Of a stretch of DNA of 64,000 nt, positions 21,233 to 31,074 are shown one piece after another. Under the pieces are notes generated by a model. The model saw nothing but the letters and a program-made list of their open reading frames with translations, made no database searches and was not told where the DNA came from. This DNA comes from Alphaproteobacteria bacterium. GTDB lineage: Bacteria > Pseudomonadota > Alphaproteobacteria > MPNO01 > UBA830. The translations under genes were made by a program, and so were the position numbers. The stretch lies in assembly GCA_964291215.2 (NCBI GenBank), contig OZ219791.1:2272001-2336000 (forward strand), written 5' to 3'. How positions within the stretch are numbered: position 1 is the first letter of the stretch; every line of letters starts with the position of its first letter.

Positions 21233-21858
21233 ATGTCATCACGAGGCGGGATAGTGCCACGGGGCCGGCTCTCAGGCCGGTCGGCGTGCGCGGGGTCGAC
21301 CATCTCGCGCTGGTTACCGACGACATGCCGGCGACGATGGAGTTCTATACCAAGGTGCTGAGGATGCAGCTTGTCCATGTCCGCCGTGTGCCTTACGAGC
21401 GTGACCGCGGCCAGCCGCCCTATGAAAACCTGCGGCACTACTTCTTCAACATGGGCAACGATTCGTTCCTTGCGTTTTTCGAATACCCGAAAGGCCTCGA
21501 CCGGTCGGCCCGCGATTTGCCGGGCGGCATGCAGCATCTTGCGTTCCATGTCGAGAAGGACCGGTTCGACGAACTGTGCGAGCACGTCAGGTCCTGCGGC
21601 GTCGACCTGATAGGGCCCGTGCATCTCGGTGGCCGCTTCTGGTCCGCCTATTTCTTCGATCCCAACGGCATCCGGCTCGAACTTGCGACCAGCATCGCCG
21701 ATGCCGGCCTGTCGGTCATCGAATCGGGATGTCAGACCGAGAGCGAGGCCCGCGCCGAGCTCAAGACGCTGTTCGACGATCCGAACGAGATCGAAAAGTG
21801 GCTCGCCGCGATGCCGCTTGTCACTGATCGTATCGAGGGCGAGATTCCCGGGGAGTAA
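21229..21858 (+). CDS. VOC family protein
   Basis: GVDHLAL, RHYFF, MQHLAF, SAYFFDPNGIRLE; ATGA overlap with the hydrolase. Confidence 0.88.
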   Translation: MNVITRRDSATGPALRPVGVRGVDHLALVTDDMPATMEFYTKVLRMQLVHVRRVPYERDRGQPPYENLRHYFFNMGNDSFLAFFEYPKGLDRSARDLPGGMQHLAFHVEKDRFDELCEHVRSCGVDLIGPVHLGGRFWSAYFFDPNGIRLELATSIADAGLSVIESGCQTESEARAELKTLFDDPNEIEKWLAAMPLVTDRIEGEIPGE

Positions 21859-21864
21859 CCGCGG

Positions 21865-23097
21865 TTATGCCGCCTGAGCGGCTGTCGGTCGCTCGATCGG
21901 CGCGTCGTTGATCGGATAGTTCATCAGCGACGCGACGAAGCCCATGACGATGGCCGACCACCAGATCACGTTGTAGGTGCCAAATAGATCGAAGAAGTAG
22001 CCGGCAGCGTAGATGCCGATGAAGCTTCCGATCTGGTGGGCGACAAAGGTGAGCCCGAAGAGCATTCCCATGTGCTGCAGCCCGAAGACTCGCGCGACGA
22101 TCGAGCCTGTCAGCGGGACAGTGCCGAGCCAGACGAGGCCCATTGCGCACGAAAACACGACGACGCTCGTCGCAGTTACCGGCAGCAGGATGAAGGCGGC
22201 CATGGCGACCGAGCGCAGCGAATAGAGCCAGCATAGGAGGTATTTCTGGCGGAACCTTCCGCCAGCGGCACCCCAGGCGAATGTTCCGATAATATTGAAC
22301 ATCCCGATGAGCGACAGCGAGAATGCGGCAAGCGTGACCTCGATATCGAGAGTCGTCAGCATCAGTGGGAAGTGGGTGCCGATGAACATCGTCTGCAGCC
22401 CGCACACGAAGTATCCACCCATCAGCAGCACGTAGCCGCGATGGCGAAATGCTTCGCCAAGAGCGGCTGCGGCGCCCTGGTTGGCGGTTGCGCGCGCGGC
22501 GCGCCCGGTGCCCTTGCGGACCATGGCGATCGAGAGCGGCACGATCAGCGCGGTCAGCGCCGCCATGACATAGAGCATGAACACCCAGCCGCCGGCTTCG
22601 AGAACGGACTGCCCGACAGGCACCAGCAGGACCTGGCCCGAAGAGCCGCCCGCGCTGGCGATTCCGAGATACATGTCGCGCTTGCTCGCGGGTACCGTGC
22701 GACTGATGGCCGACAGCACGATCGGGAACATTGCGCCCGACATGGCGAAGCCGGTCAGCACGCCGATCGAGAAATGGGCCATCAGCGGCGTCGTCGCCAT
22801 CGTCATCAGGACGAGGCCGGACGAATACAGGATACCGGCCGCAGCAATGACGCGGCCCGTGCCGTAGCGGTCGGCGATGCTTCCCGCAACTGGCGTGGCG
22901 AAGCCCCAGAACAGCGACTGCAGTGCCATGGTCAGCGAAAGGACCCTGTATTCGCCGGGCCACAGTTCGGCGGTGGCCGGCTCCAGCCACAAGCCGAACG
23001 TCATGCGCACGCCGAGTGAGATGAGGACGATCAGCGTCCCGCAGACGAGAATGACCAGTGGCGTACGCCAGCCCGTACCCGGTGATAATTCGCTCAT
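21865..23097 (-). CDS. MFS transporter (paralog 2)
   Basis: 12-TM pattern, ADRYG motif A, YFVCGLQ, WLGTVPLT, HQIGSF. True start MSELSPG at 23097 overlaps the upstream stop. Confidence 0.9.
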   Translation of the reverse strand: MSELSPGTGWRTPLVILVCGTLIVLISLGVRMTFGLWLEPATAELWPGEYRVLSLTMALQSLFWGFATPVAGSIADRYGTGRVIAAAGILYSSGLVLMTMATTPLMAHFSIGVLTGFAMSGAMFPIVLSAISRTVPASKRDMYLGIASAGGSSGQVLLVPVGQSVLEAGGWVFMLYVMAALTALIVPLSIAMVRKGTGRAARATANQGAAAALGEAFRHRGYVLLMGGYFVCGLQTMFIGTHFPLMLTTLDIEVTLAAFSLSLIGMFNIIGTFAWGAAGGRFRQKYLLCWLYSLRSVAMAAFILLPVTATSVVVFSCAMGLVWLGTVPLTGSIVARVFGLQHMGMLFGLTFVAHQIGSFIGIYAAGYFFDLFGTYNVIWWSAIVMGFVASLMNYPINDAPIERPTAAQAA

Positions 23098-24317
23098 GAC
23101 TGCGCTACCGCCGCGGTTGTCCGCTCGACCGGCCTGTCGTCGATCGGAAAGTGAAGCAGCGCCGCGATGAGGCCGAGCGCGACCGCGGCCCACCATACGG
23201 CGTCGTAGCTGCCGGTCCGGACGAACAGGACACCGCCGAGCCAGACGCCGAAGAAACTGCCGACCTGATGGGAGAAGAACACGATCCCGGTCAGAGTCGC
23301 CATGTAGCGCAATCCGAAGATCCGTGCGACCAGACCCGAAGTCAGCGGCACCGTGGCCAGCCAGAGGAGGCCGATCACCGCGGAAAAGACGTAGGTGCCG
23401 ATCGTGGTGACGGGAATCAGGATGAACGCGATCAGGGCGAGCGAACGCAGGACATAGATCGAGCTCAGCAGGTACTTCGTGCGCAGCACGCCCCCGAGCG
23501 CGCCCCAGGCCAGCGTGCCGATGATGTTGGTCAGGCCGATGATGGAAAGCGCCGCTGCCCCGACCCAGGGATCCTGGCCGGCCTCGAGGAGGAACTTGGG
23601 CAGGTGCGTGCCGAGAAACAGGACCTGGAACCCGCAGACGAAGTAGGCCGTGGTCAGCAGCATGAAACCGCGATGGGCGAACGCTTCCCGGAACGCGTCC
23701 GCCAATCCCTGGCGCGGCGCGCCGCCCGCTTCCTGGGCTTCCTCGCCGCGCGGCTGCACCAGGCACCATGACAGGGGCACGATGATGGCCGTGATCAGGC
23801 CGAATGCGGCAACTGCGGCCGCCCATCCGTAGCCGTCGATGAAATACTGGCCGAGTGGCACCAATGCGAATTGTCCCGAGGATCCGGCCGCGCTGCCGAT
23901 GCCGAGGAAGAGGCTGCGGCGGCGCTGGTTGACGCGCTTGGTGACGGCAGCGAGAATGATCGGGAATCCGGTGGCGCTGAGTCCGAGCCCCAGCATGAGG
24001 CCGGAAGTCATGTACATTCCGACGGGCGTCTCAATCAGCGACAGGAGTCCGAGACCGCCGGCATAGAGTACGCCGCCGGCGGCCACCATCCGGGCGGTCC
24101 CGAAACGGTCGGCGAGAGCGGCCGTAATCGGCGTGGTCATGCCCCAGAGCACGGCCTGCAGCGCGATGGCGAACGAGAACTGGTCGGTCGTCCAGCCGAG
24201 ATCCGTCGTCATCGGCTCAAGCAGGATTCCGAAGATGTTCCGCGTGCCGAAGCTCACGAAGAGAATGATCGTGCCGCAGGTCAGCACGACCATGGGCGTG
24301 CGCCATGTGTTCTGCAT
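23094..24317 (-). CDS. MFS transporter (paralog 1)
   Basis: ADRFG, YFVCGFQ, WLATVPLT, HQVGSF. Confidence 0.92.
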   Translation of the reverse strand: MQNTWRTPMVVLTCGTIILFVSFGTRNIFGILLEPMTTDLGWTTDQFSFAIALQAVLWGMTTPITAALADRFGTARMVAAGGVLYAGGLGLLSLIETPVGMYMTSGLMLGLGLSATGFPIILAAVTKRVNQRRRSLFLGIGSAAGSSGQFALVPLGQYFIDGYGWAAAVAAFGLITAIIVPLSWCLVQPRGEEAQEAGGAPRQGLADAFREAFAHRGFMLLTTAYFVCGFQVLFLGTHLPKFLLEAGQDPWVGAAALSIIGLTNIIGTLAWGALGGVLRTKYLLSSIYVLRSLALIAFILIPVTTIGTYVFSAVIGLLWLATVPLTSGLVARIFGLRYMATLTGIVFFSHQVGSFFGVWLGGVLFVRTGSYDAVWWAAVALGLIAALLHFPIDDRPVERTTAAVAQS

Positions 24318-24725
24318 GATGGTACGGATTCGATTGCGGGGTCGGCCCAGTCTACAGCATGCGGTGCCCTAGCGCCATCATGGCGCGGTTCGGAAGCATG
24401 TTGATCCCACGCTGCCAATCCGGCGACGACTGGCGAGATTTCTCGGTCTGCGTCGCGCAGCGATCGTACGGCCAAGGCTCGATGGGGCCTTCTTGGCACG
24501 AAAAATTGCGATCAAGGAAGCGATCTGTGATGATGCGAGCTCCACCGCACTCGGATTTCGCGTCTCCGAATTGGCATGGGATCGGTGTGGGTACGGAGGC
24601 CGCGAAGCCGCGGCGCGGAGACAGGAACAGTGCTCCTGTCCTGACAGCCTTGGCGCTCTCCGTGCCGGCTTGCCGGATGCGGCAAGCCGATGGGGCCGGC
24701 ACGCCGCGGGCTGTACGGGTTGGCG

Positions 24726-26204
24726 TCAGCCCATCAGATGGCCAAATTTCTCGCGCGCCTCGCGCCGGACCTCTGGCTCCGGCGCGTTGACCGGGGCGTA
24801 GTCGTCCTTCCAGTGGAACGGCTTGCAGGCGTTGATGATGGCGCGGCTGTTGGTGACGTTGCCGCGCGCCTTTTCCTCGGGGTCGACGCGGGGATCGGCG
24901 GGAGACGTCCAGGTGCCCCTTGCGATGTGGATCGATGTCGCCGGGTCGCAGCGCGTGCACATCGCCCAGATCAACTCCTCGAGGTTTGACACGTCGATAT
25001 CGTCATCGACGACGACGACGAAGCGGTTGGCGTAATTCGCGGCCCGGCACTGCGCCGCGATCTGGCCGGCTTGCGTCGAATGGCCCGGATAGCGCTGGCG
25101 GATCGCGACGCCGTGGAACAGCCGCGACGCCCCGACTTCGTGGCACCATACTCCGGTGACGTCCGGCACTCCGGCATCGGCGAGATTCTGCTTCAGCATT
25201 GCGGACCGGAGCACGGCGCGGTACCGCGCCATCTCGTCCGATCCCTGGCCCATCGGCGGCACGCCGAGGATGATCGGGTCGTTCCGATGGTAGACGGTCT
25301 CAACCTCAAGCACCGGTTCCGGGTGCTCGCCGCTGGCGTAGTAGCCGGTCCATTCGCCGAACGGTCCCTCGTTTAGCGTCTTGCCCTCGTAGAGATGTCC
25401 TTCGAGGACGATCTCCGCATTGGCGGGAAACGGCAGGCCGGTAATCCGGCCCTCGACGCATTCGACGGCCTTGTCGCGGATGCCGCCGACGATATCGAGT
25501 TCGCAGACGCCGTACGGCGCTTCCGCTCCACCGTTGAAGAACGCTACCGGGTCGCCGCCGATCACCATCGCGACCGGGCAGGGCTCGCCCCGCGCCCAGT
25601 ACTTGTTGCGATGGATGTGCCCGTGCTTGCCGGTGACCATCAGGCACCCGACGGACTTGCTGTCGTGGACCATCGCCCGGTATGAGCCGCAATTGAGCCA
25701 GCCCTCATCGGGATCACGCGTCACCGTGTAGGTACCTGTGCCGATATAGCGCCCGCCGTCGCCCGGATGCCACATCGGTGTCGGGAACTTCAGGAGATCG
25801 ATGTCGTCGCCGGTGAGAATGTTCTCGCATACCGGGCCATCGTCGATGATGACATGGGGAATCGTCTTGCGTTCGCGCACGAACGACTCGAAGCAGGCGT
25901 CCGACAACTCCTGTTTCGTCAGGTGATCGGGAAAACCGAGCGTCATGTTGCGGCGCACGCCGCCGAAGACATTGATCAGCACGCGAAACCCCTCGGGACA
26001 GTCGGGCACCTCGTCGAACAGTACCGCCGGCCCGCTTTCCTCACGGATCACGACTTCGGCGGCAAGACCGATGTCCTTTTCCCAAGAGGCGCCGTTGACG
26101 CGCCTGAGTTCGCCGAGCCGTTCGGCTTCGACAATCCATTCGCGCAAATCCTCATAGGAAAATCGCTGCACGACGTTTGATCCGGCCTCGCTGATGGCAT
26201 CCAT
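24726..26204 (-). CDS. UbiD-family prFMN-dependent (de)carboxylase
   Basis: DGGRYIGT, GSYR, PANAEIVLEG, EGPFGEWTGYY, VVVDDDID..WAMCTR; RBS GGAGGA. Confidence 0.93.
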   Translation of the reverse strand: MDAISEAGSNVVQRFSYEDLREWIVEAERLGELRRVNGASWEKDIGLAAEVVIREESGPAVLFDEVPDCPEGFRVLINVFGGVRRNMTLGFPDHLTKQELSDACFESFVRERKTIPHVIIDDGPVCENILTGDDIDLLKFPTPMWHPGDGGRYIGTGTYTVTRDPDEGWLNCGSYRAMVHDSKSVGCLMVTGKHGHIHRNKYWARGEPCPVAMVIGGDPVAFFNGGAEAPYGVCELDIVGGIRDKAVECVEGRITGLPFPANAEIVLEGHLYEGKTLNEGPFGEWTGYYASGEHPEPVLEVETVYHRNDPIILGVPPMGQGSDEMARYRAVLRSAMLKQNLADAGVPDVTGVWCHEVGASRLFHGVAIRQRYPGHSTQAGQIAAQCRAANYANRFVVVVDDDIDVSNLEELIWAMCTRCDPATSIHIARGTWTSPADPRVDPEEKARGNVTNSRAIINACKPFHWKDDYAPVNAPEPEVRREAREKFGHLMG

Positions 26205-26257
26205 GATCATTCCTCCGCCAGTTCCGGGTCCGGGCTTTCGCCGGGATCCGGCGCCGA

Positions 26258-27265
26258 TCAATCGAGTTTCAGGAAATTCCGCGTATTGTTCTCATAGATG
26301 TCCCGGCGCGTGCCGTCGTCGAGATCGACGCTTTCGAGGCATCTGAGGGTTTCACGGATATAGAGCGGGCCGCCTTCGGGATCAAACGGGCAGTCGGAGG
26401 CGAACATGCAGCGTTCGGGCCCGAAGAAATCGAGGCCGCAGCGCATGGCGCCCAGCGAACCGAAAGTCGCGGTGTCGGCATAGAACATCCGGAAATAGTC
26501 GATCGGGCGTTTCTTCAGGCTCTCGCGGAGCCTTGTCAGCTCGTCGCCCGGAGTGCGCGCGCCGAGCTGATCCTGGCCGTAGCCGACCCGGCCCTCGACA
26601 TAGGGGATCATGGCCCCGAGGTGATGGGTCAGGATCTTGATGTCCGGCAGCTTGTCGAACAGTCCTGAGAACACCAGGCGGGCCATTGCGGCCGAGCTTT
26701 CGTAGGTCCAGCCGAAGGTCCACCAGATCTCGAACTCGGACTTGTCCTCGGTGAGATAGTCGGGAAAATTCGGTCCGCGTGCGGGATGCAGGAACAGCGG
26801 GACATCGCGCTTCGCTGCGGTTTCGAACACCGGATAGTATTTCGGAAGGTCGAGCGGTTCGCCATTGACGTTGGTGAAGATCTGCATGGCGCGGGCGCCG
26901 AGTTCGCCACTGGTGCGTTCGATTTCTCGTACCGCCTCCTCGGGATTGTTCATGGGGAGCGACGCCACAAAGGCAGGAAACCTGTCGGGATGGGTCCGGC
27001 AGATGTCCGCCATGCCGTCATTGGCGAGTCGCGCCAGCGCCGGTGTTTCGTCCGGCGTTCCCAGAAACTCGATGGTCGGCGCCGACAGGCTGATGACCTG
27101 GCGGTAATCGTCGCCGAACTCCTCCATCATCTTCATACGGGCGTTCATGTCGTAGAGCACCGGAACGTTCAGCCAGCGCTTGATCGGGCCGGTGTCGGGG
27201 AGCACCTCCTGCATCCGTTCGAAAAACGGAATGGGGAACACGTGATTGAAGATGTCGAGCTTCAA
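26258..27265 (-). CDS. Amidohydrolase_2-family protein (ACMSD/LigW-like, possible metal-dependent decarboxylase)
   Basis: TTG start with GGAGG; DIFNH, LFLHP, THHLGAMIPY..GR, FYADTA, FASDCPF. Confidence 0.85.
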   Translation of the reverse strand: MKLDIFNHVFPIPFFERMQEVLPDTGPIKRWLNVPVLYDMNARMKMMEEFGDDYRQVISLSAPTIEFLGTPDETPALARLANDGMADICRTHPDRFPAFVASLPMNNPEEAVREIERTSGELGARAMQIFTNVNGEPLDLPKYYPVFETAAKRDVPLFLHPARGPNFPDYLTEDKSEFEIWWTFGWTYESSAAMARLVFSGLFDKLPDIKILTHHLGAMIPYVEGRVGYGQDQLGARTPGDELTRLRESLKKRPIDYFRMFYADTATFGSLGAMRCGLDFFGPERCMFASDCPFDPEGGPLYIRETLRCLESVDLDDGTRRDIYENNTRNFLKLD

Positions 27266-27398
27266 GGGGCCACCCTCCTGTCGCGTCTGAAACCGCCGAG
27301 CGGCGGATTTTAGGTTCCTTGCGCTTCTTCGCAAGCCGCCCGCGACCGCGCGCTCCCGTCACTCCTTGCCGCTGGCAATCGCCGTGACTCGCGGCGGA

Positions 27399-27578
27399 TC
27401 ACGAATTTCTGACAATCTCGCGGGCGTGATCAGGCAGGAAAAAGTTTGCGCATTCCGGGCAGACCAGAGGGACAGTTTCCAGTTCCAGCAAATCTGACGA
27501 GACATGAAACCACCAGGCGCAGTCCGGGCACTGTATCCAGTTGCTGTTGCCGGTCTTCTCGAAGCCGCGTTCCGCCAT
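27399..27578 (-). CDS. Small (59 aa) CxxC..CxxC zinc-ribbon protein
   Basis: MAERGFEKTGNSNWIQCPDCAWWFHVS...LVCPECANFF; ATG overlaps the ubiD stop (TGATG). Confidence 0.75.
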   Translation of the reverse strand: MAERGFEKTGNSNWIQCPDCAWWFHVSSDLLELETVPLVCPECANFFLPDHAREIVRNS

Positions 27579-28990
27579 CAGTCCGGCCATCCTGCCGTGT
27601 CGACGCCATCGAGGGCTGCCCGCGCGGCGGCAAGTGCTTCGTCCGAGACCCGGTTGCGCGGGGCTACGGGCCGGGGCTCTCCCGGGCGTCGTGCCGGTGG
27701 CAGCGTGGCGTCGATCGCGGCCTTGGTGATCGTGGAGGCGGCGGCCGGCGCCGAGGGATCGAGCGGGGCCAGCGTGAGGCCGTCGAAGCGCATCACGTCG
27801 CGATGCCATTGCACGCGGGTGGCGACCGCCCACATGGCCTCGCGATCGTCGAAGATGTTTATGTCCTCGTCGAAGGCGAAGACCGCCTTGAGACGTCGAA
27901 ACGCGATTGCGGCCGACATCGCGTCGCGAACCTCACCCGGGCGCGGGTTCCGGAACTGCAGGTAGGCGTGGAATCTCCGCCCCGAGACCGGGACATGCAC
28001 GTTGACCAGCGACGGCGCCACCGCACGGACCATGGAGTAGACATGGGCCTCCATGGCGAGGTTGTCGGGCACCAGATGATCGGCAAGTCCTGATCCGCAA
28101 TCGTGATATATGGCATCGGCCCGTCGCGTCATGCAGGCGACCTCGATAACCGGGTTCGGCATCTGTGGACCCTGGTAGCCCGAGAACTCCGCGAACGGCC
28201 CCTCTGCCTCCATCCGTCCGGCGGGCAGGAAACCCTCTATCACGATCTCTGCGTCGGCTGGAACCATGATCTGTTTGCCGTGGGTCAGCGAGGGGACCAG
28301 CCTGAGCGCCGTGCCGAGTGCGCCACCGGCCACGCCCCAGTGGCTTTCGGGATAAGCGAGCTTGGCCTGTGCCCCCATCTCGACAGCCGGATGGTGGCCG
28401 ATCCATACCGCCACCGGGCAGGGTTCGCCGCGCGCCCAGAATTTCTTGAGGTTGATCATGTTGTGGGACGTTTCCAGCATGTAGCAGCCCATGAGCCGCG
28501 GACCGCGCACCCACAGTCGCTGGATTCCGATATTGTCGATGCCGCTTTCGGGGTCCACGGTCACGACGTGTCCGCAGGTAACGTAGTGCCCCACATCGCC
28601 CTGGTGCTGGCGGAGCGCCGGCAGCGAAAGGAGGTCGGTATCGTTGTCTGCAAGGACCACTTCGCGGACCGGCGCCTGTTCCGGTTCGATTACTGCCGGC
28701 GCGATCGTGTTGGCGGTGAGCGTCGCAAGCGCGGTGGCTGCCTGGCGGTGATCGTCGATGCCGAGCGCCCGTGCCGAGAGCGTGCGGCTCGCGAACAGAT
28801 TGGTCAACACCGGAATACCGCCAGCGCTGCCGTCGATCAGGCGCGGCGTTTGCACGAGAATCGCCGGATGCGCGTTCCGCGCAGCGAGCTCGTGCTGCAG
28901 GGCGGTGATTTCCTGTATGACCGAGAGCGGCCCCTCGGGCCGAAATATCGCGTTGTCGATCTCGTTGAGATAGGTCCTGAGATCAGTCAT
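27578..28990 (-). CDS. UbiD-family prFMN-dependent (de)carboxylase (second, divergent)
   Basis: DLRTYL, NIGIQR, VPADAEIVIEG, EGPFAEFSGY, DEDINIFD..WAVATR, LDPS. Confidence 0.92.
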   Translation of the reverse strand: MTDLRTYLNEIDNAIFRPEGPLSVIQEITALQHELAARNAHPAILVQTPRLIDGSAGGIPVLTNLFASRTLSARALGIDDHRQAATALATLTANTIAPAVIEPEQAPVREVVLADNDTDLLSLPALRQHQGDVGHYVTCGHVVTVDPESGIDNIGIQRLWVRGPRLMGCYMLETSHNMINLKKFWARGEPCPVAVWIGHHPAVEMGAQAKLAYPESHWGVAGGALGTALRLVPSLTHGKQIMVPADAEIVIEGFLPAGRMEAEGPFAEFSGYQGPQMPNPVIEVACMTRRADAIYHDCGSGLADHLVPDNLAMEAHVYSMVRAVAPSLVNVHVPVSGRRFHAYLQFRNPRPGEVRDAMSAAIAFRRLKAVFAFDEDINIFDDREAMWAVATRVQWHRDVMRFDGLTLAPLDPSAPAAASTITKAAIDATLPPARRPGEPRPVAPRNRVSDEALAAARAALDGVDTAGWPD

Positions 28991-29824
28991 CTAGAGCGCG
29001 TGCTGACGTTCCGCTTCGGAACGCGTCTCCGGATCGGTATATCGGGCCAGGAACGCGTTGTAGTAGTCGAGGCATTCGGGATCAAGATCCCGTTTGGGCC
29101 GTGGTTCGGGCTTCCAGTGGCCATGGCGGTCTTCGCCCCGTACCAGCAGTGCCGTGTCCATGTTGGCGAGTGTCGGTCGGACATGGGGCGGACAGAAGAC
29201 GAACAGGATGCCGATGCGGCGGCGGTCGGACCGGTTGGGCTCTGAGGAATGGGCAAGGCGGAAGTGGTGGATTGTGCACTCGCCCGGCTCGAGTTCCACA
29301 TTCACCGCATCCGAATCATCGATGCCGATGATGCGCTGGCCCCGCGACAGCATGTTCTCCGCATCCCAGGTCTCTTCGTGGGGCAGTTCGGGCTTGGTAT
29401 GGGAGCCGGGGAGGTATCGCAGGCAGCCATTGTTGGCATTGCTGTCGGTGAGCGCGATCCACGCGCCCCATACCTCCAGCGGGTCGTACCCGAAATACGC
29501 CGAATCCTGGTGCCAGGTGACGAGCCGGGGGTCGCGGGCGTGCTTGGCCCAGATGGCCGATGTCGTCATCAGGATGTTCTGGCCAATGAGGTCCTCAATG
29601 GCATCCAGAAGGGCGGGAGTGGTGCCGAGTTCGAACAGCCAGCGAAACAGGAGATGCGGCTTGACCGAGAGTGTTTCCGGCACGTCCCGGCCTTGGCGGG
29701 CTTCCGTCTCTTCGTAGACGCGGCGATAGGATTCGGCCTGATCGGGAGTCATGATCCGCAACGGGAAGATGGAACCGTCCCGCCGGGCGCGCTCGAGGTC
29801 GGATTGGCTGAGCTTTCCGGACAT
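28991..29824 (-). CDS. PhyH-family Fe(II)/2-oxoglutarate dioxygenase
   Basis: WHQD, WIALTD..NGCLRYLPGSH, HSSEPNRSDRRRIG; stop abuts the ubiD start. Confidence 0.92.
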   Translation of the reverse strand: MSGKLSQSDLERARRDGSIFPLRIMTPDQAESYRRVYEETEARQGRDVPETLSVKPHLLFRWLFELGTTPALLDAIEDLIGQNILMTTSAIWAKHARDPRLVTWHQDSAYFGYDPLEVWGAWIALTDSNANNGCLRYLPGSHTKPELPHEETWDAENMLSRGQRIIGIDDSDAVNVELEPGECTIHHFRLAHSSEPNRSDRRRIGILFVFCPPHVRPTLANMDTALLVRGEDRHGHWKPEPRPKRDLDPECLDYYNAFLARYTDPETRSEAERQHAL

Positions 29825-29931
29825 CGGCCCGTCCTTCCTGTACCGCAGACCGCCATGGACGATGGCGGACAAACCGCGGCTGCCGGCGATCATGGCCGCG
29901 GCGCCCGGATCCGGCGGCTCGCCGCAGCCGT

Positions 29932-29967
29932 CTGCATGCGCGGCCCGCCGTCCGGCCGCGCATGCAG
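29932..29967. terminator. Perfect 14-bp hairpin, likely the original ompA terminator
   Basis: CTGCATGCGCGGCC-8nt-GGCCGCGCATGCAG; about 10 nt downstream of the ompA stop once the three IS are removed. Confidence 0.55.
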
Positions 29968-29978
29968 GAGCGATATCC

Positions 29979-31074
29979 TAGCGTTTTGTCCCGCAAATAC
30001 GCGCAGATAACCTTTCAAGCTTGTCGAGGATCGAATCTGCGGTTGCGACCCATACGAAAGGGGATTTATTGTGGTGTGTGATGAAGTGTTCAATCGTCCT
30101 GATGAGTTGAGGAACACTGTCGAACGACCCGCGCTTGTTGGCTGATGAGACCGAACCAGCGTTCCACCTGATTGAGCCAGGAGGTGGGTGTGAAGTGGAG
30201 ATGGTAACGCGGTCGTTTGGCGAACCAAGCCCGGACCTTGGGATGCTTGTGCGTGGCGTAGTTGTCCAGGACAAGATGGATATCGAGTTCGGCTCACGGT
30301 CAATCAGCCGCAGGAAGGTGAGAAACTCCTAGTGTCGATGTCGCTTGGAGCATCGTCCGATCACCTTGCCCGTCGCCATGTCCAGAGCAGCAAACAATGT
30401 CGTGGTTCCGTAGTCATGAGTATAGCCTTCGACATAGCCCATGGGCAATGTGGGCTGGGTCCGATCGAGCGCCTGGATCTGGCTCTTCTCGTCCACGCAC
30501 AAGACCACTGCATGGTCTGGAGGATTGAGGTACAGGATATCCCGAACCTTCTCGACGAAAAACGGATCGCTGGAGAGCTTGAAGGTGTCGCTCAAGTGTG
30601 GCTTGATCCCGAACAGGGCAAACCAGCGCTGCACGGTACTTTTCGACACGGCTTCGGCCATCCGTCGCACACTCCAGGCACCCGCATGGTCAGGCTTTTG
30701 CTGCAGGGCCCGGTTGATCAGCTTCGCGACCTTGTCATCACCATAGGTGCGGGGTCGTCCCGGGCGCAATTCGTCATGCAGCCCCTCAAGACCACGCTCC
30801 AGGAATCGTCGCCGCCATTTGCCCACTGCCGACAGCGAAACGTTGAGCTGCCACCGCCGAATTGGTCTGTCCCCGGGCGCAGTCCAGCACGATGCGTGCA
30901 CGCTGGACCAGGGCGTGGGGCATTGAGGTGGAGCGGGAGAGAGCGGTCAAGTATTCATGTTGCTCATCGGTGGGCACCAGAGGGGGAAGTTGGCGGCCGC
31001 GGGGCATCTCGAAAGGTCTCCTGTTACGAGCGAGACCGAGAATATATCACACTTATTTGCGGGACGCTACACTA
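29979..31074 (-). mobile_element. IS630-family element A, degraded
   Basis: IRs CTAGCGTTTTGTCCCGCAAATA and rc CTAGTGTAGCGTCCCGCAAATA. Transposase with [31 protein letters not shown]; nonsense TAG at 30329-30331 plus frameshifts. Confidence 0.92.

Noticed and set aside
24494-24510. TGGCACGAAAAATTGCG as a sigma54 promoter
   Set aside because: GG-N11-GC (one base too long) and no plus-strand gene downstream.
30329-30332. Fifth CTAG as another IS junction
   Set aside because: It is a nonsense codon inside the IS630A transposase (RHRH*EFL); the frame continues and there are no IRs.
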